A stretch of 64,000 nucleotides of DNA from Escherichia coli (GCF_003334405.1 NZ_QOWM01000002.1); one strand, 5' to 3'; counted from the stretch's first letter, positions 49,589-62,752 are shown. Translations and numbers: made by a program. Notes: generated by a model from the sequence alone, not told the origin.

Positions 49589-49923
49589 TGGTAAGCCGAT
49601 ACGTACCCGATATGGGCGATCTGATTTGGGTTGATTTTGACCCGACAAAAGGTAGCGAGCAAGCTGGACATCGTCCAGCTGTTGTCCTGAGTCCTTTCAT
49701 GTACAACAACAAAACAGGTATGTGTCTGTGTGTTCCTTGTACAACGCAATCAAAAGGATATCCGTTCGAAGTTGTTTTATCCGGTCAGGAACGTGATGGC
49801 GTAGCGTTAGCTGATCAGGTAAAAAGTATCGCCTGGCGGGCAAGAGGAGCAACGAAGAAAGGAACAGTTGCCCCAGAGGAATTACAACTCATTAAAGCCA
49901 AAATTAACGTACTGATTGGGTAG
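49588..49923 (+). CDS. mazF: Toxin MazF, ACA-specific mRNA interferase
   Basis: 111-aa ORF beginning [35 protein letters not shown]. Confidence 0.93.
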   Translation: MVSRYVPDMGDLIWVDFDPTKGSEQAGHRPAVVLSPFMYNNKTGMCLCVPCTTQSKGYPFEVVLSGQERDGVALADQVKSIAWRARGATKKGTVAPEELQLIKAKINVLIG

Positions 49924-49993
49924 TGTTACTAACTCACTTCTATTCTGGTCACAGGTTTCCACCTGACAGACCCGCAATTTTCAGGACAATTCA

Positions 49994-50785
49994 ATGAATC
50001 AAATCGACCGTTTGCTCACTATTATGCAGCGCCTGCGCGATCCGGAAAACGGCTGCCCGTGGGATAAAGAGCAGACATTTGCCACCATTGCGCCTTACAC
50101 CCTTGAAGAAACCTACGAAGTGCTGGACGCCATCGCCCGTGAAGATTTTGACGATCTTCGCGGTGAACTGGGCGATCTGCTATTCCAGGTGGTGTTTTAC
50201 GCGCAAATGGCTCAGGAAGAAGGGCGCTTTGACTTTAATGATATTTGCGCTGCTATTAGCGATAAATTAGAGCGTCGCCATCCGCATGTTTTTGCTGATA
50301 GTTCTGCCGAAAACAGTAGTGAAGTGCTTGCCCGTTGGGAGCAAATCAAAACCGAAGAGCGCGCGCAGAAAGCGCAGCATTCGGCGCTGGACGATATTCC
50401 TCGTAGTTTACCGGCTTTAATGCGTGCGCAAAAAATCCAGAAACGTTGCGCCAACGTTGGCTTCGATTGGACGACGCTTGGTCCGGTAGTCGATAAAGTC
50501 TACGAAGAGATCGACGAGGTGATGTACGAAGCGCGGCAGGCTGTTGTCGACCAGGCTAAACTGGAGGAGGAAATGGGGGACCTGCTGTTTGCCACGGTTA
50601 ATCTGGCTCGCCATTTAGGGACGAAAGCAGAAATCGCATTGCAAAAAGCGAACGAAAAATTCGAGCGTCGTTTTCGCGAAGTGGAGCGTATTGTTGCCGC
50701 GCGTGGACTGGAAATGACAGGTGTTGACCTCGAAACAATGGAAGAAGTCTGGCAACAGGTAAAACGGCAGGAAATTGATCTCTAA
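49994..50785 (+). CDS. mazG: Nucleoside triphosphate pyrophosphohydrolase MazG
   Basis: 263-aa ORF recognised as MazG. Confidence 0.9.
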   Translation: MNQIDRLLTIMQRLRDPENGCPWDKEQTFATIAPYTLEETYEVLDAIAREDFDDLRGELGDLLFQVVFYAQMAQEEGRFDFNDICAAISDKLERRHPHVFADSSAENSSEVLARWEQIKTEERAQKAQHSALDDIPRSLPALMRAQKIQKRCANVGFDWTTLGPVVDKVYEEIDEVMYEARQAVVDQAKLEEEMGDLLFATVNLARHLGTKAEIALQKANEKFERRFREVERIVAARGLEMTGVDLETMEEVWQQVKRQEIDL

Positions 50786-50997
50786 GGGAATTACGCGGTC
50801 AAGCGCCATTTGTGTCATTTTTTAAATGACAAGCGCTTGATTTGCGTCAAAAACATTTACCCCAAAGGGGCTATTTTCTCACTCCTGATTTCAATAGTGC
50901 GCTGGCGAAGAGGAGGGATAATGAAAGTTTGTGGCACAGGTCATGTTCGGGTATACTGCTTTCCCGTCTTGGTTATTCCATCGTCTTTTCAACCTAA

Positions 50998-52650
<1,653 letters not shown>

Positions 52651-52667
52651 GTAAAAAAGTTAGAGCG

Positions 52668-52700
52668 GCAACGCGTACCCTGGGTACGCGTTGTTTGTCT
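52668..52700 (+). terminator. Putative intrinsic terminator after pyrG
   Basis: Hairpin aacgcgtaccc tgg gggtacgcgtt followed by a T-rich tract. Confidence 0.5.
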
Positions 52701-52722
52701 GGAGTTTCAGTTTAACTAGTGA

Positions 52723-54036
<1,314 letters not shown>

Positions 54037-54055
54037 GACTGACTTTATCTGATTT

Positions 54056-54088
54056 AAAAATGCCAGCCTCCGGGCTGGCATTTTTTAT
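54056..54088. terminator. Bidirectional intrinsic terminator between convergent eno and ygcG
   Basis: Hairpin gccagcc tccg ggctggc flanked by aaaaa on the left and tttttt on the right. Confidence 0.65.
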
Positions 54089-54095
54089 GGTTGAG

Positions 54096-54968
54096 TTACC
54101 AGCGGCCGGATGCGCCGCCACCTCCAGAAGAACCGCCCCCGCCGCTAAATCCGCCGCTATCTGAGCCTCCAGCGGAACCGCTGTTGTCTGAATGATAACT
54201 TCTACCAGATGCTCTTTTCTGAAGTACACATAAACAGGTAAAGACCATAAATATGGTGAAAGTAAAAAAGAAGGAAAATACAGCAATGGAAAAAATTTTA
54301 TCGGAGAACAGGAATAAATCTAAAAGATAGATTGCTGAAATACAGACTCCACTTTTACATGCGCGACAAAAATTACTGCCTTGATGAAAAAACCAGAAAG
54401 GGAAGAACATCACTGCAAATACCCAAAAAATAGCAAAGTAATAATGATCACTGGAAGACGCTGATTCACTTTCTGAAGGATTAGTCGGATATTGGTGTTG
54501 TGAAGTGAGTTGGTTATTCAAAGCGTTTATAGCTAGCTCTAATCCCTTAGCTAATTTTTGTTGTTTAAATGCGGGTATCATGTTGCTACGGATGATATCT
54601 CCAGCCAGAGCATCGGTTACCTTTTCTTCCAGCCCATAACCTACCTGGATGCGGACAGTGCGATCCGACCAGGCAACAACGATCAGTATCCCATCATTAC
54701 GTTTGGCATCTCCTAAACGCCAATTGTCAAAAACTCTTGTAGCATATTGTTCAATTGTCTCGTCTTTGGTTGTGGGAACAATTAATACGGCAATTTGCAC
54801 TTGGGTATTATTGAAAATAGATTCTAACTTGTGCGTCAGTTCTTTCTTTTCTTGTGAGTTTAAGCTACTCGTAAGATCCGTAACTTGTTGCTGTAATTGT
54901 GGGACAATAGTTGGTTGGGCTGCAACAAAGGAACATACGAAAGTGAACATTAGTATGAAATAGCGCAT
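54096..54968 (-). CDS. ygcG: TPM-domain membrane protein YgcG with Gly/Ser-rich C-terminal tail
   Basis: ORF 54096..55037. Start placed at [17 protein letters not shown] (signal peptide), giving 290 aa. Hydrophobic segments are followed by the tail [31 protein letters not shown]. Confidence 0.8.
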
Positions 54969-55260
54969 TATAAATTTCTCATTAAATCTGGATAAATAAA
55001 TTGACGGCGGCATCGGTAATTTTATATTCGTTATCATTAAAAACTAATACAGAAAAAATAAATATAATTTTGGTGAATGTTTTGACATGATTAAATCCAT
55101 TTTCTTTATTTTCTTCTGACATAATACGTTACTCCCTTTAATTATTAACGATATGTTTCGCATTTTTCTTTAAACCTGCCTGTAACAGAATGTTAATAAG
55201 ACATGATTGTTGTGGCAGGATCTGCAATAATTAACAATTATCCACTTCACAGAGAATGCT

Positions 55261-55932
55261 ATGCAGTACCCGATTAACGAGATGTTCCAGACCCTGCAAG
55301 GTGAGGGTTACTTTACCGGCGTTCCCGCCATTTTTATTCGTTTACAGGGATGCCCGGTTGGCTGTGCCTGGTGCGACACCAAACACACCTGGGAAAAGCT
55401 TGAGGATCGGGAAGTCTCCCTTTTCAGCATTCTGGCGAAGACCAAAGAGAGTGATAAGTGGGGGGCTGCGAGCAGTGAAGATTTGCTGGCTGTCATTGGT
55501 CGCCAGGGATACACCGCGCGGCATGTGGTGATTACGGGTGGTGAGCCTTGCATTCATGATTTGCTGCCACTGACTGATCTGCTCGAAAAGAACGGTTTTA
55601 GCTGCCAGATCGAAACCAGTGGTACTCATGAGGTACGCTGCACACCGAATACCTGGGTTACCGTATCGCCAAAGCTGAACATGCGCGGCGGCTATGAAGT
55701 GTTGTCACAGGCACTGGAGCGAGCCAACGAAATCAAGCATCCAGTGGGGCGCGTACGCGATATTGAAGCACTGGATGAACTACTGGCAACGCTGACCGAT
55801 GATAAACCGCGAGTCATTGCACTGCAGCCGATTAGCCAAAAGGATGATGCCACACGTTTGTGCATTGAAACCTGCATTGCGCGTAATTGGCGTTTGTCGA
55901 TGCAAACACATAAATATCTAAATATTGCCTGA
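55261..55932 (+). CDS. queE: 7-carboxy-7-deazaguanine synthase QueE (radical SAM)
   Basis: 223-aa ORF with a cysteine cluster (CPVGCAWCDTKHTW). Confidence 0.9.
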   Translation: MQYPINEMFQTLQGEGYFTGVPAIFIRLQGCPVGCAWCDTKHTWEKLEDREVSLFSILAKTKESDKWGAASSEDLLAVIGRQGYTARHVVITGGEPCIHDLLPLTDLLEKNGFSCQIETSGTHEVRCTPNTWVTVSPKLNMRGGYEVLSQALERANEIKHPVGRVRDIEALDELLATLTDDKPRVIALQPISQKDDATRLCIETCIARNWRLSMQTHKYLNIA

Positions 55933-56099
55933 TTAAACATTTATAAGCGTTATAAATGGGTGGAACCTGTAAAGACTTCTACTCATTTATATTGTTTGTC
56001 GCCTCTGAAAACTCCTCCATTTTACCCATCCAGGGCTAATCATTAGCATTCTCTACAAATTCTGTGGCATTAATTTTTCGCTGGAGTGAAAATTATTGC

Positions 56100-56271
56100 G
56101 GTAAAGTTTGGTAGATTTTAGTTTGTATAGAGTTATTTTAAATATTTACCTTTTTAATCAATGGATTAAGTGCTCTTTAACATAATGGATGTGTTGTTTG
56201 TGTGATACTATAAAGTTGGTAGATTGTGACTGGCTTAAAAAATCATTAATTAATAATAGGTTATGTTTAGA
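56100..56271 (+). promoter_or_regulatory. CRISPR leader (AT-rich), immediately upstream of the first repeat
   Basis: About 170 bp of AT-rich sequence ending ...taataataggttatgtttaga next to repeat 1. The repeat orientation puts the leader on this side. Confidence 0.5.
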
Positions 56272-56544
56272 GTGTTCCCCGCGCCAGCGGGGATAAACCG
56301 GCAAAAACCGGGCAATCGCAAAAAGGCGTAATGTGTTCCCCGCGCCAGCGGGGATAAACCTGTGTTTGCGGCATTAACGCTCACCAGCATTTCGTGTTCC
56401 CCGCGCCAGCGGGGATAAACCGAGCAGATACACGGCTTTGTATTCCGTGCGCCCGTGTTCCCCGCGCCAGCGGGGATAAACCGGAGCCTGACGAGACTAC
56501 TGAGGCCGTTCTGTCGAGTTCCCCGCGCCAGCGGGGATAAACCA
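56272..56544 (+). CRISPR. Type I-E CRISPR array, 5 repeats of 29 nt and 4 spacers of 32 nt (61-bp period)
   Basis: Repeats start at 56272, 56333, 56394, 56455 and 56516, with consensus gtgttccccgcgccagcggggataaaccg. The last repeat reads gagttccccgcgccagcggggataaacca. Spacers: 56301..56332 gcaaaaaccgggcaatcgcaaaaaggcgtaat; 56362..56393 gtgtttgcggcattaacgctcaccagcatttc; 56423..56454 agcagatacacggctttgtattccgtgcgccc; 56484..56515 gagcctgacgagactactgaggccgttctgtc. Confidence 0.95.
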
Positions 56545-56998
56545 CCATATAACCCGTTATCTCTTTCTCAAGTTTTTATATTAGCAGTACTTGTAATAAG
56601 CAACATATCCACGTAACACCTCATGTTCAAAATAGTTCTCCATGCCAGAGAGGTTCACAATTATCGATACAAAAAATTAAATTTAATCAAAGTGTTATTT
56701 GTATGATTCTTAAATCGTTAAGAAATTTTAATCTATTATTTTTTTAATATTGAATTAATGCCTGTTAATTTTTTCTTTAGAATAACAGTATATTTTTTAA
56801 GCTTGTTATTCATTGGTTAAGTAATAAATCTGGAAGTTTGTCTTTGTTTTGAGGCTAATGAGTGGTTTTACATAACCGCCTCTATACGCTGTTGATGAAT
56901 AGTTCTTATGAATAAAGATATCCAGTTCATACTTTAAGTGAAAATTGATAAAGTGCGATTCGTATTGTCTTTTATTCTAAAGACATCGAGTGTAGTTA

Positions 56999-57136
56999 AT
57001 ATTCCTTGTAAAAACAGGGATAAACCGAACTAGTTAAAGTTTTTATTATGTTCCCTGCATCAGCGGGGATAAACCGGACTTGTTATCATTTTTTAAGTTG
57101 TCGAACTTATGTTCCCCGCGTCAGCGGGGATAACCA
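56999..57136 (+). CRISPR. Degenerate CRISPR remnant: one truncated and two mutated I-E-like repeats
   Basis: Partial repeat ending cagggataaaccg at 57027; atgttccctgcatcagcggggataaaccg at 57048..57076; a 32-nt spacer at 57077..57108; atgttccccgcgtcagcggggataacca at 57109..57136. Same strand and 61-bp spacing as the main array. Confidence 0.6.
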
Positions 57137-57182
57137 TTCAGGTATGTTCAGGCCGGGCAGTTTCCCGCCCGGCCTTCCTCAC

Positions 57183-58439
57183 TTACGCATTCGACCAGCT
57201 CTGGATCGAATCCACATTCCCCAATTCCCCATGCATCACTTCATACGATTTTTTCAGGATCACATCAGTATGTTTGGTTAGGTCTTTGAAAATGCCTTTA
57301 TTCATCGCGTCGTAGCGTTTGGCATTGCTCTCAATCGGTATAAAGATATCTTTCACGCGAACCATGTTATCGACAGCCGTTGCGTAATCCGGGTATAGCC
57401 CCAGACCTACCGCTGTATTAATCGCTGCCCCCAGGCTTGCACAACCGTTAATGGCGTTACGTCGTGCCGGAAGGTTGAACACGTCGGCAAAAATCTGCAT
57501 AAACAGATCGCTGTTCGAACCGCCGCCAGTAATGATCACATGCTTCGCAAAGTGATTCATTTCATTACACATATTGTCGTAATTGTTCTTCAGCGTCAGC
57601 GCCACGCTTTCCAGTATCGAACGATATATCCATGCGTAATCCATGCTGGAATCAAAGCCGATCATAATCCCGCGTTTGTACGGTTCCCACGGATTGGTCA
57701 GCCAGTCCAGCACCGTCATCAGACCATTACAGCCTGGCGGCACACAAGAAGCTTTTTTGTTGAGTAAATCTTCCGGTGAAAGATCCTGCGCCCTGGCATC
57801 CTGAATTAACGACTCGCCTAGCATGTCGCGCAGCCAGCTCACCGTCCACATGCCTTTGCGAATACCGTAACCTTCATACAGCAATGTTTGCGGAATAGAA
57901 GACATAATCGGCCAGTACGCTACTGGATCTTTCGGCAGTGCTTTGCCGTTCATCATCAATGCGATGTAAGTGCCAAGAGAAATTACCGCCGTTTCATCAT
58001 CCAGTAATCCGGCCCCCAGAGCTTCTACCGGTTTATCACTGGTGGTACAAACAACCGGCAGTCCTGCCGGGAAATGTGTCGCCAGTGCGGCTTGTGGTGT
58101 GATATGTCCGAGGACGGTGCCAGGCATTTGCACATCAAACAGCATATGACGGGGGATATTAAACTTATCCATTACCGCAGCATCTTCGCTCCATGCCCAG
58201 CTCTTATAATCCACCGGCCACTGACCAAAATAGTTGGCGATATTGTCTTTAAACTCGCCGGTTAACCGCCCGCCGGAAAGATTTTTGCTGCCGGGGATTT
58301 CAGCGCGTTCCAGTAACAAAACGGATAAACCCGCTCGCGCGCAGCGTAACGCGCAAGCGGTGCCTGCAATACCGGCACCAATAATAATAATGTCGCAGTC
58401 GTCTTCCATGTCATGCCCCAGATATCCAGAACACAACAC
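57183..58439 (-). CDS. Hybrid ORF: FAD-binding Rossmann N-terminus (about 50 aa) fused to the C-terminal ~365 aa of an FGGY sugar kinase; probable deletion-fusion product
   Basis: 418-aa ORF. The N-terminus DIIIIGAGIAGTACALRCARAGLSVLLLER is a classic GxGxxG dinucleotide-binding fold. The rest is FGGY-like (VISLGTYIALM ... HVIITGGGSNSDLFMQIFADVFNLPARR) and lacks the N-terminal ATP-binding motif of that family. Alternative start at the ATG at 58409. Confidence 0.6.
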   Translation of the reverse strand: MLCSGYLGHDMEDDCDIIIIGAGIAGTACALRCARAGLSVLLLERAEIPGSKNLSGGRLTGEFKDNIANYFGQWPVDYKSWAWSEDAAVMDKFNIPRHMLFDVQMPGTVLGHITPQAALATHFPAGLPVVCTTSDKPVEALGAGLLDDETAVISLGTYIALMMNGKALPKDPVAYWPIMSSIPQTLLYEGYGIRKGMWTVSWLRDMLGESLIQDARAQDLSPEDLLNKKASCVPPGCNGLMTVLDWLTNPWEPYKRGIMIGFDSSMDYAWIYRSILESVALTLKNNYDNMCNEMNHFAKHVIITGGGSNSDLFMQIFADVFNLPARRNAINGCASLGAAINTAVGLGLYPDYATAVDNMVRVKDIFIPIESNAKRYDAMNKGIFKDLTKHTDVILKKSYEVMHGELGNVDSIQSWSNA

Positions 58440-58486
58440 CCTAACATAGCGTTACTTAAGGGAAATTGACCGCCGACACACTCTTA

Positions 58487-58852
58487 TCATTCGCCGCGAT
58501 AGATACAACCTGCGGTGCAGGTTTCTTTTACCATCACCGCACTTAACAGCGGCACAACGGGTTTAACCTGATCCCAAATCCATTTTGCTAAAACCTCGCT
58601 GGTTGGGTTTTCCAGACCTGGAATATCATTGAGATAATGGTGATCGAGGCGCTCGTAGGTTGGTTTAAACGCCGCTTTTAGTTCAGCGAAATCGATAATC
58701 CAGCCCGTATGCGGATCGACTTCCCCGGTAATTTCCAGTCGCACCATAAAGGAATGCCCGTGCAGGCGACCACATTTATGCCCTTCCGGGACGTGTGGTA
58801 AGCGGTGAGCGGCTTCGAAGGTGAAATCTTTAAATAACGTGGTGGACATCAT
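58487..58852 (-). CDS. queD: 6-carboxy-5,6,7,8-tetrahydropterin synthase QueD
   Basis: ORF 58487..58936. Start placed at [18 protein letters not shown], giving 121 aa, with the CGRLHGHSF zinc-binding motif. Confidence 0.88.
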   Translation of the reverse strand: MMSTTLFKDFTFEAAHRLPHVPEGHKCGRLHGHSFMVRLEITGEVDPHTGWIIDFAELKAAFKPTYERLDHHYLNDIPGLENPTSEVLAKWIWDQVKPVVPLLSAVMVKETCTAGCIYRGE

Positions 58853-59167
58853 AATTTCTCTACAGGACGATAAAACCGCCGTAGAGTACCGGAAAGGCTG
58901 TTTTTTCGCATTATCTAAAACGACTTTGTTGCGCAAAATCGCTGATTTATCTTAATGATTGGCTAAATTCATTTGTTTTTCATTAGGTTGGTTAATCTAT
59001 TTTGTTGTTAAAGACTATTGCTAAAACAGGTTAGTCGATTTGGTTATTAGTTATCGCTATCCCGTCTTTAATCCACACCGTTTGCCCCGTTAACCTTACC
59101 TTCTCTTCTGTTTTATGGGCGCTGACAGGGCGCAGAAACAGCTTTGCTTACTGGAACATAACGACGC

Positions 59168-60967
59168 ATGACGACACAGGTCCCACCTTCCGCGTTGCTT
59201 CCGTTGAACCCGGAGCAACTGGCACGCCTTCAGGCGGCCACGACCGATTTAACTCCCACCCAGCTTGCCTGGGTTTCTGGCTATTTCTGGGGCGTACTCA
59301 ATCAGCAGCCTGCTGCGCTTGCAGCGACGCCAGCGCCAGCCGCAGAAATGCCGGGTATAACTATTATCTCCGCCTCGCAAACCGGCAATGCGCGCCGGGT
59401 TGCTGAAGCATTACGTGATGATTTATTAGCAGCAAAACTGAACGTTAAGCTGGTGAACGCGGGCGACTATAAATTCAAACAAATCGCCAGCGAAAAACTG
59501 CTCATCGTAGTGACGTCAACGCAAGGGGAAGGGGAACCGCCGGAAGAAGCCGTCGCGCTGCATAAGTTCCTGTTCTCCAAAAAAGCGCCAAAGCTGGAAA
59601 ACACCGCGTTTGCCGTGTTTAGCCTCGGCGATAGCTCTTATGAATTTTTCTGCCAGTCCGGGAAAGATTTCGACAGCAAGCTGGCGGAACTGGGTGGTGA
59701 ACGCCTGCTCGACCGTGTCGATGCCGATGTTGAATACCAGGCTGCTGCCAGCGAGTGGCGCGCCCGCGTGGTTGATGCGCTTAAATCGCGTGCGCCTGTC
59801 GCGGCACCTTCGCAATCCGTCGCTACTGGCGCGGTAAATGAAATCCACACCAGCCCGTACAGCAAAGACGCGCCGCTGGTGGCTAGCCTCTCTGTTAACC
59901 AGAAAATTACCGGGCGTAACTCTGAAAAAGACGTTCGCCATATCGAAATTGACTTAGGTGACTCGGGCCTGCGTTACCAGCCGGGTGACGCGCTGGGCGT
60001 CTGGTATCAGAACGATCCGGCACTGGTGAAAGAACTTGTCGAACTGCTGTGGCTGAAAGGCGATGAACCTGTCACCGTCGAGGGCAAAACGTTGCCTCTG
60101 AACGAAGCGCTACAGTGGCACTTCGAACTGACCGTCAACACCGCCAACATTGTTGAGAATTACGCCACGCTTACCCGCAGTGAAACACTGCTGCCGCTGG
60201 TGGGCGATAAAGCGAAGTTACAGCATTACGCCGCGACGACGCCGATTGTTGACATGGTGCGTTTCTCCCCGGCACAGCTTGATGCCGAAGCGCTAATTAA
60301 TCTGCTGCGCCCGCTGACGCCGCGTCTCTATTCCATTGCCTCCTCGCAGGCGGAAGTCGAGAACGAAGTACACGTCACCGTTGGTGTGGTGCGTTACGAC
60401 GTGGAAGGCCGCGCCCGTGCCGGTGGTGCCTCCAGCTTCCTCGCTGACCGCGTGGAAGAAGAGGGCGAAGTCCGCGTATTTATCGAACATAACGATAACT
60501 TCCGCCTGCCAGCCAATCCAGAAACCCCGGTGATTATGATTGGCCCAGGCACCGGCATCGCGCCGTTCCGCGCCTTTATGCAGCAACGTGCTGCCGATGA
60601 AGCGCCGGGAAAAAACTGGCTGTTCTTTGGCAACCCGCACTTTACGGAAGATTTCCTCTACCAGGTGGAGTGGCAGCGCTACGTCAAAGAGGGTGTGCTG
60701 ACGCGGATCGATCTCGCCTGGTCGCGCGACCAAAAAGAAAAAGTTTACGTACAAGACAAACTGCGCGAACAGGGCGCGGAGCTGTGGCGCTGGATCAATG
60801 ACGGTGCCCACATTTATGTCTGCGGTGACGCTAATCGCATGGCGAAAGACGTTGAGCAGGCACTTCTGGAAGTGATTGCCGAATTTGGTGGCATGGACAC
60901 CGAAGCGGCGGATGAATTTTTAAGTGAGCTGCGCGTAGAGCGCCGTTATCAGCGAGATGTCTACTAA
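59168..60967 (+). CDS. cysJ: Sulfite reductase [NADPH] flavoprotein alpha subunit
   Basis: 599-aa ORF with flavodoxin-like and FAD/NADPH-binding regions. Its stop overlaps the cysI start (TAATG). Confidence 0.93.
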   Translation: MTTQVPPSALLPLNPEQLARLQAATTDLTPTQLAWVSGYFWGVLNQQPAALAATPAPAAEMPGITIISASQTGNARRVAEALRDDLLAAKLNVKLVNAGDYKFKQIASEKLLIVVTSTQGEGEPPEEAVALHKFLFSKKAPKLENTAFAVFSLGDSSYEFFCQSGKDFDSKLAELGGERLLDRVDADVEYQAAASEWRARVVDALKSRAPVAAPSQSVATGAVNEIHTSPYSKDAPLVASLSVNQKITGRNSEKDVRHIEIDLGDSGLRYQPGDALGVWYQNDPALVKELVELLWLKGDEPVTVEGKTLPLNEALQWHFELTVNTANIVENYATLTRSETLLPLVGDKAKLQHYAATTPIVDMVRFSPAQLDAEALINLLRPLTPRLYSIASSQAEVENEVHVTVGVVRYDVEGRARAGGASSFLADRVEEEGEVRVFIEHNDNFRLPANPETPVIMIGPGTGIAPFRAFMQQRAADEAPGKNWLFFGNPHFTEDFLYQVEWQRYVKEGVLTRIDLAWSRDQKEKVYVQDKLREQGAELWRWINDGAHIYVCGDANRMAKDVEQALLEVIAEFGGMDTEAADEFLSELRVERRYQRDVY

Positions 60968-62679
60968 TGAGCGAAAAACATCCAGGGCCTTTAGTGGTCG
61001 AAGGAAAACTGACAGACGCCGAGCGCATGAAGCTTGAAAGCAACTACCTGCGCGGCACCATTGCGGAAGATTTAAACGACGGTCTGACCGGCGGCTTTAA
61101 GGGCGACAACTTCCTGCTGATCCGCTTCCACGGCATGTATCAGCAGGATGACCGCGACATCCGCGCCGAACGTGCTGAACAGAAGCTGGAGCCGCGCCAC
61201 GCGATGCTGTTGCGCTGCCGTCTGCCGGGTGGGGTGATTACCACTAAACAGTGGCAGGCGATAGACAAATTTGCCGGTGAAAACACCATCTATGGCAGCA
61301 TTCGCCTGACCAACCGCCAGACGTTTCAGTTCCACGGCATTCTGAAAAAGAACGTCAAACCGGTGCACCAGATGCTGCACTCGGTTGGTCTTGATGCGCT
61401 GGCGACCGCTAACGACATGAACCGTAACGTACTCTGCACCTCGAACCCTTACGAGTCGCAGCTACACGCGGAAGCGTACGAGTGGGCGAAGAAGATTTCT
61501 GAGCATCTGCTGCCGCGTACCCGCGCGTATGCGGAGATCTGGCTCGACCAGGAAAAAGTCGCCACTACTGATGAAGAACCGATCCTCGGCCAGACCTACC
61601 TGCCGCGTAAATTCAAAACCACGGTAGTGATCCCGCCACAGAACGATATCGATCTGCACGCCAACGACATGAACTTCGTGGCGATCGCCGAAAACGGCAA
61701 GCTGGTGGGCTTTAACCTGTTGGTGGGCGGTGGGCTTTCCATCGAACACGGCAACAAGAAAACCTACGCCCGCACCGCGAGTGAGTTTGGCTATCTGCCG
61801 CTGGAGCATACGCTGGCGGTGGCCGAAGCCGTCGTGACAACTCAGCGTGACTGGGGTAACCGAACCGATCGTAAAAATGCCAAAACCAAATACACGCTGG
61901 AGCGCGTGGGGGTTGAGACGTTTAAAGCGGAAGTGGAGCGTCGCGCGGGGATCAAATTTGAACCGATCCGTCCATATGAGTTCACCGGACGAGGCGATCG
62001 TATTGGCTGGGTTAAGGGCATTGATGATAACTGGCACCTGACGCTGTTTATCGAAAATGGTCGCATCCTTGATTATCCGGCGCGTCCGCTGAAAACCGGC
62101 CTGCTGGAGATCGCGAAGATCCACAAAGGCGATTTCCGCATTACGGCGAACCAGAATCTGATCATCGCCGGTGTACCGGAAAGCGAGAAAGCGAAGATCG
62201 AGAAGATCGCCAAAGAGAGCGGGTTAATGAATGCCGTCACGCCGCAGCGTGAAAACTCAATGGCCTGCGTGTCATTCCCGACTTGCCCGCTGGCGATGGC
62301 GGAAGCGGAGCGTTTCCTGCCGTCTTTTATCGACAACATCGATAATTTAATGGCGAAACATGGTGTCAGCGATGAGCATATCGTGATGCGTGTAACAGGC
62401 TGCCCGAACGGTTGTGGTCGCGCGATGCTGGCGGAAGTGGGCCTGGTGGGTAAAGCGCCGGGTCGCTACAACCTGCATCTTGGCGGCAACCGCATTGGGA
62501 CACGTATCCCTCGGATGTATAAAGAAAACATCACCGAGCCGGAAATCCTGGCGTCGCTTGATGAACTGATAGGGCGCTGGGCGAAAGAGCGCGAAGCGGG
62601 TGAAGGCTTCGGCGACTTTACGGTGCGTGCGGGCATCATTCGCCCGGTGCTCGATCCGGCGCGCGATTTGTGGGATTAA
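60967..62679 (+). CDS. cysI: Sulfite reductase [NADPH] hemoprotein beta subunit
   Basis: 570-aa ORF with a siroheme/4Fe-4S cysteine region ([16 protein letters not shown] ... TGCPNGCGR). Confidence 0.93.
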   Translation: MSEKHPGPLVVEGKLTDAERMKLESNYLRGTIAEDLNDGLTGGFKGDNFLLIRFHGMYQQDDRDIRAERAEQKLEPRHAMLLRCRLPGGVITTKQWQAIDKFAGENTIYGSIRLTNRQTFQFHGILKKNVKPVHQMLHSVGLDALATANDMNRNVLCTSNPYESQLHAEAYEWAKKISEHLLPRTRAYAEIWLDQEKVATTDEEPILGQTYLPRKFKTTVVIPPQNDIDLHANDMNFVAIAENGKLVGFNLLVGGGLSIEHGNKKTYARTASEFGYLPLEHTLAVAEAVVTTQRDWGNRTDRKNAKTKYTLERVGVETFKAEVERRAGIKFEPIRPYEFTGRGDRIGWVKGIDDNWHLTLFIENGRILDYPARPLKTGLLEIAKIHKGDFRITANQNLIIAGVPESEKAKIEKIAKESGLMNAVTPQRENSMACVSFPTCPLAMAEAERFLPSFIDNIDNLMAKHGVSDEHIVMRVTGCPNGCGRAMLAEVGLVGKAPGRYNLHLGGNRIGTRIPRMYKENITEPEILASLDELIGRWAKEREAGEGFGDFTVRAGIIRPVLDPARDLWD

Positions 62680-62696
62680 CCATCAGCCCGGTCTTG

Positions 62697-62731
62697 TAGG
62701 CCTGATAAGACGCGTGAGCGTCGCATCAGGC
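62697..62731. repeat. REP element between cysI and cysH
   Basis: gtaggcctgataagacgcgtgagcgtcgcatcaggc is REP-like. Confidence 0.55.
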
Positions 62732-62752
62732 AAGGCAAACAGTGAGGAATCT

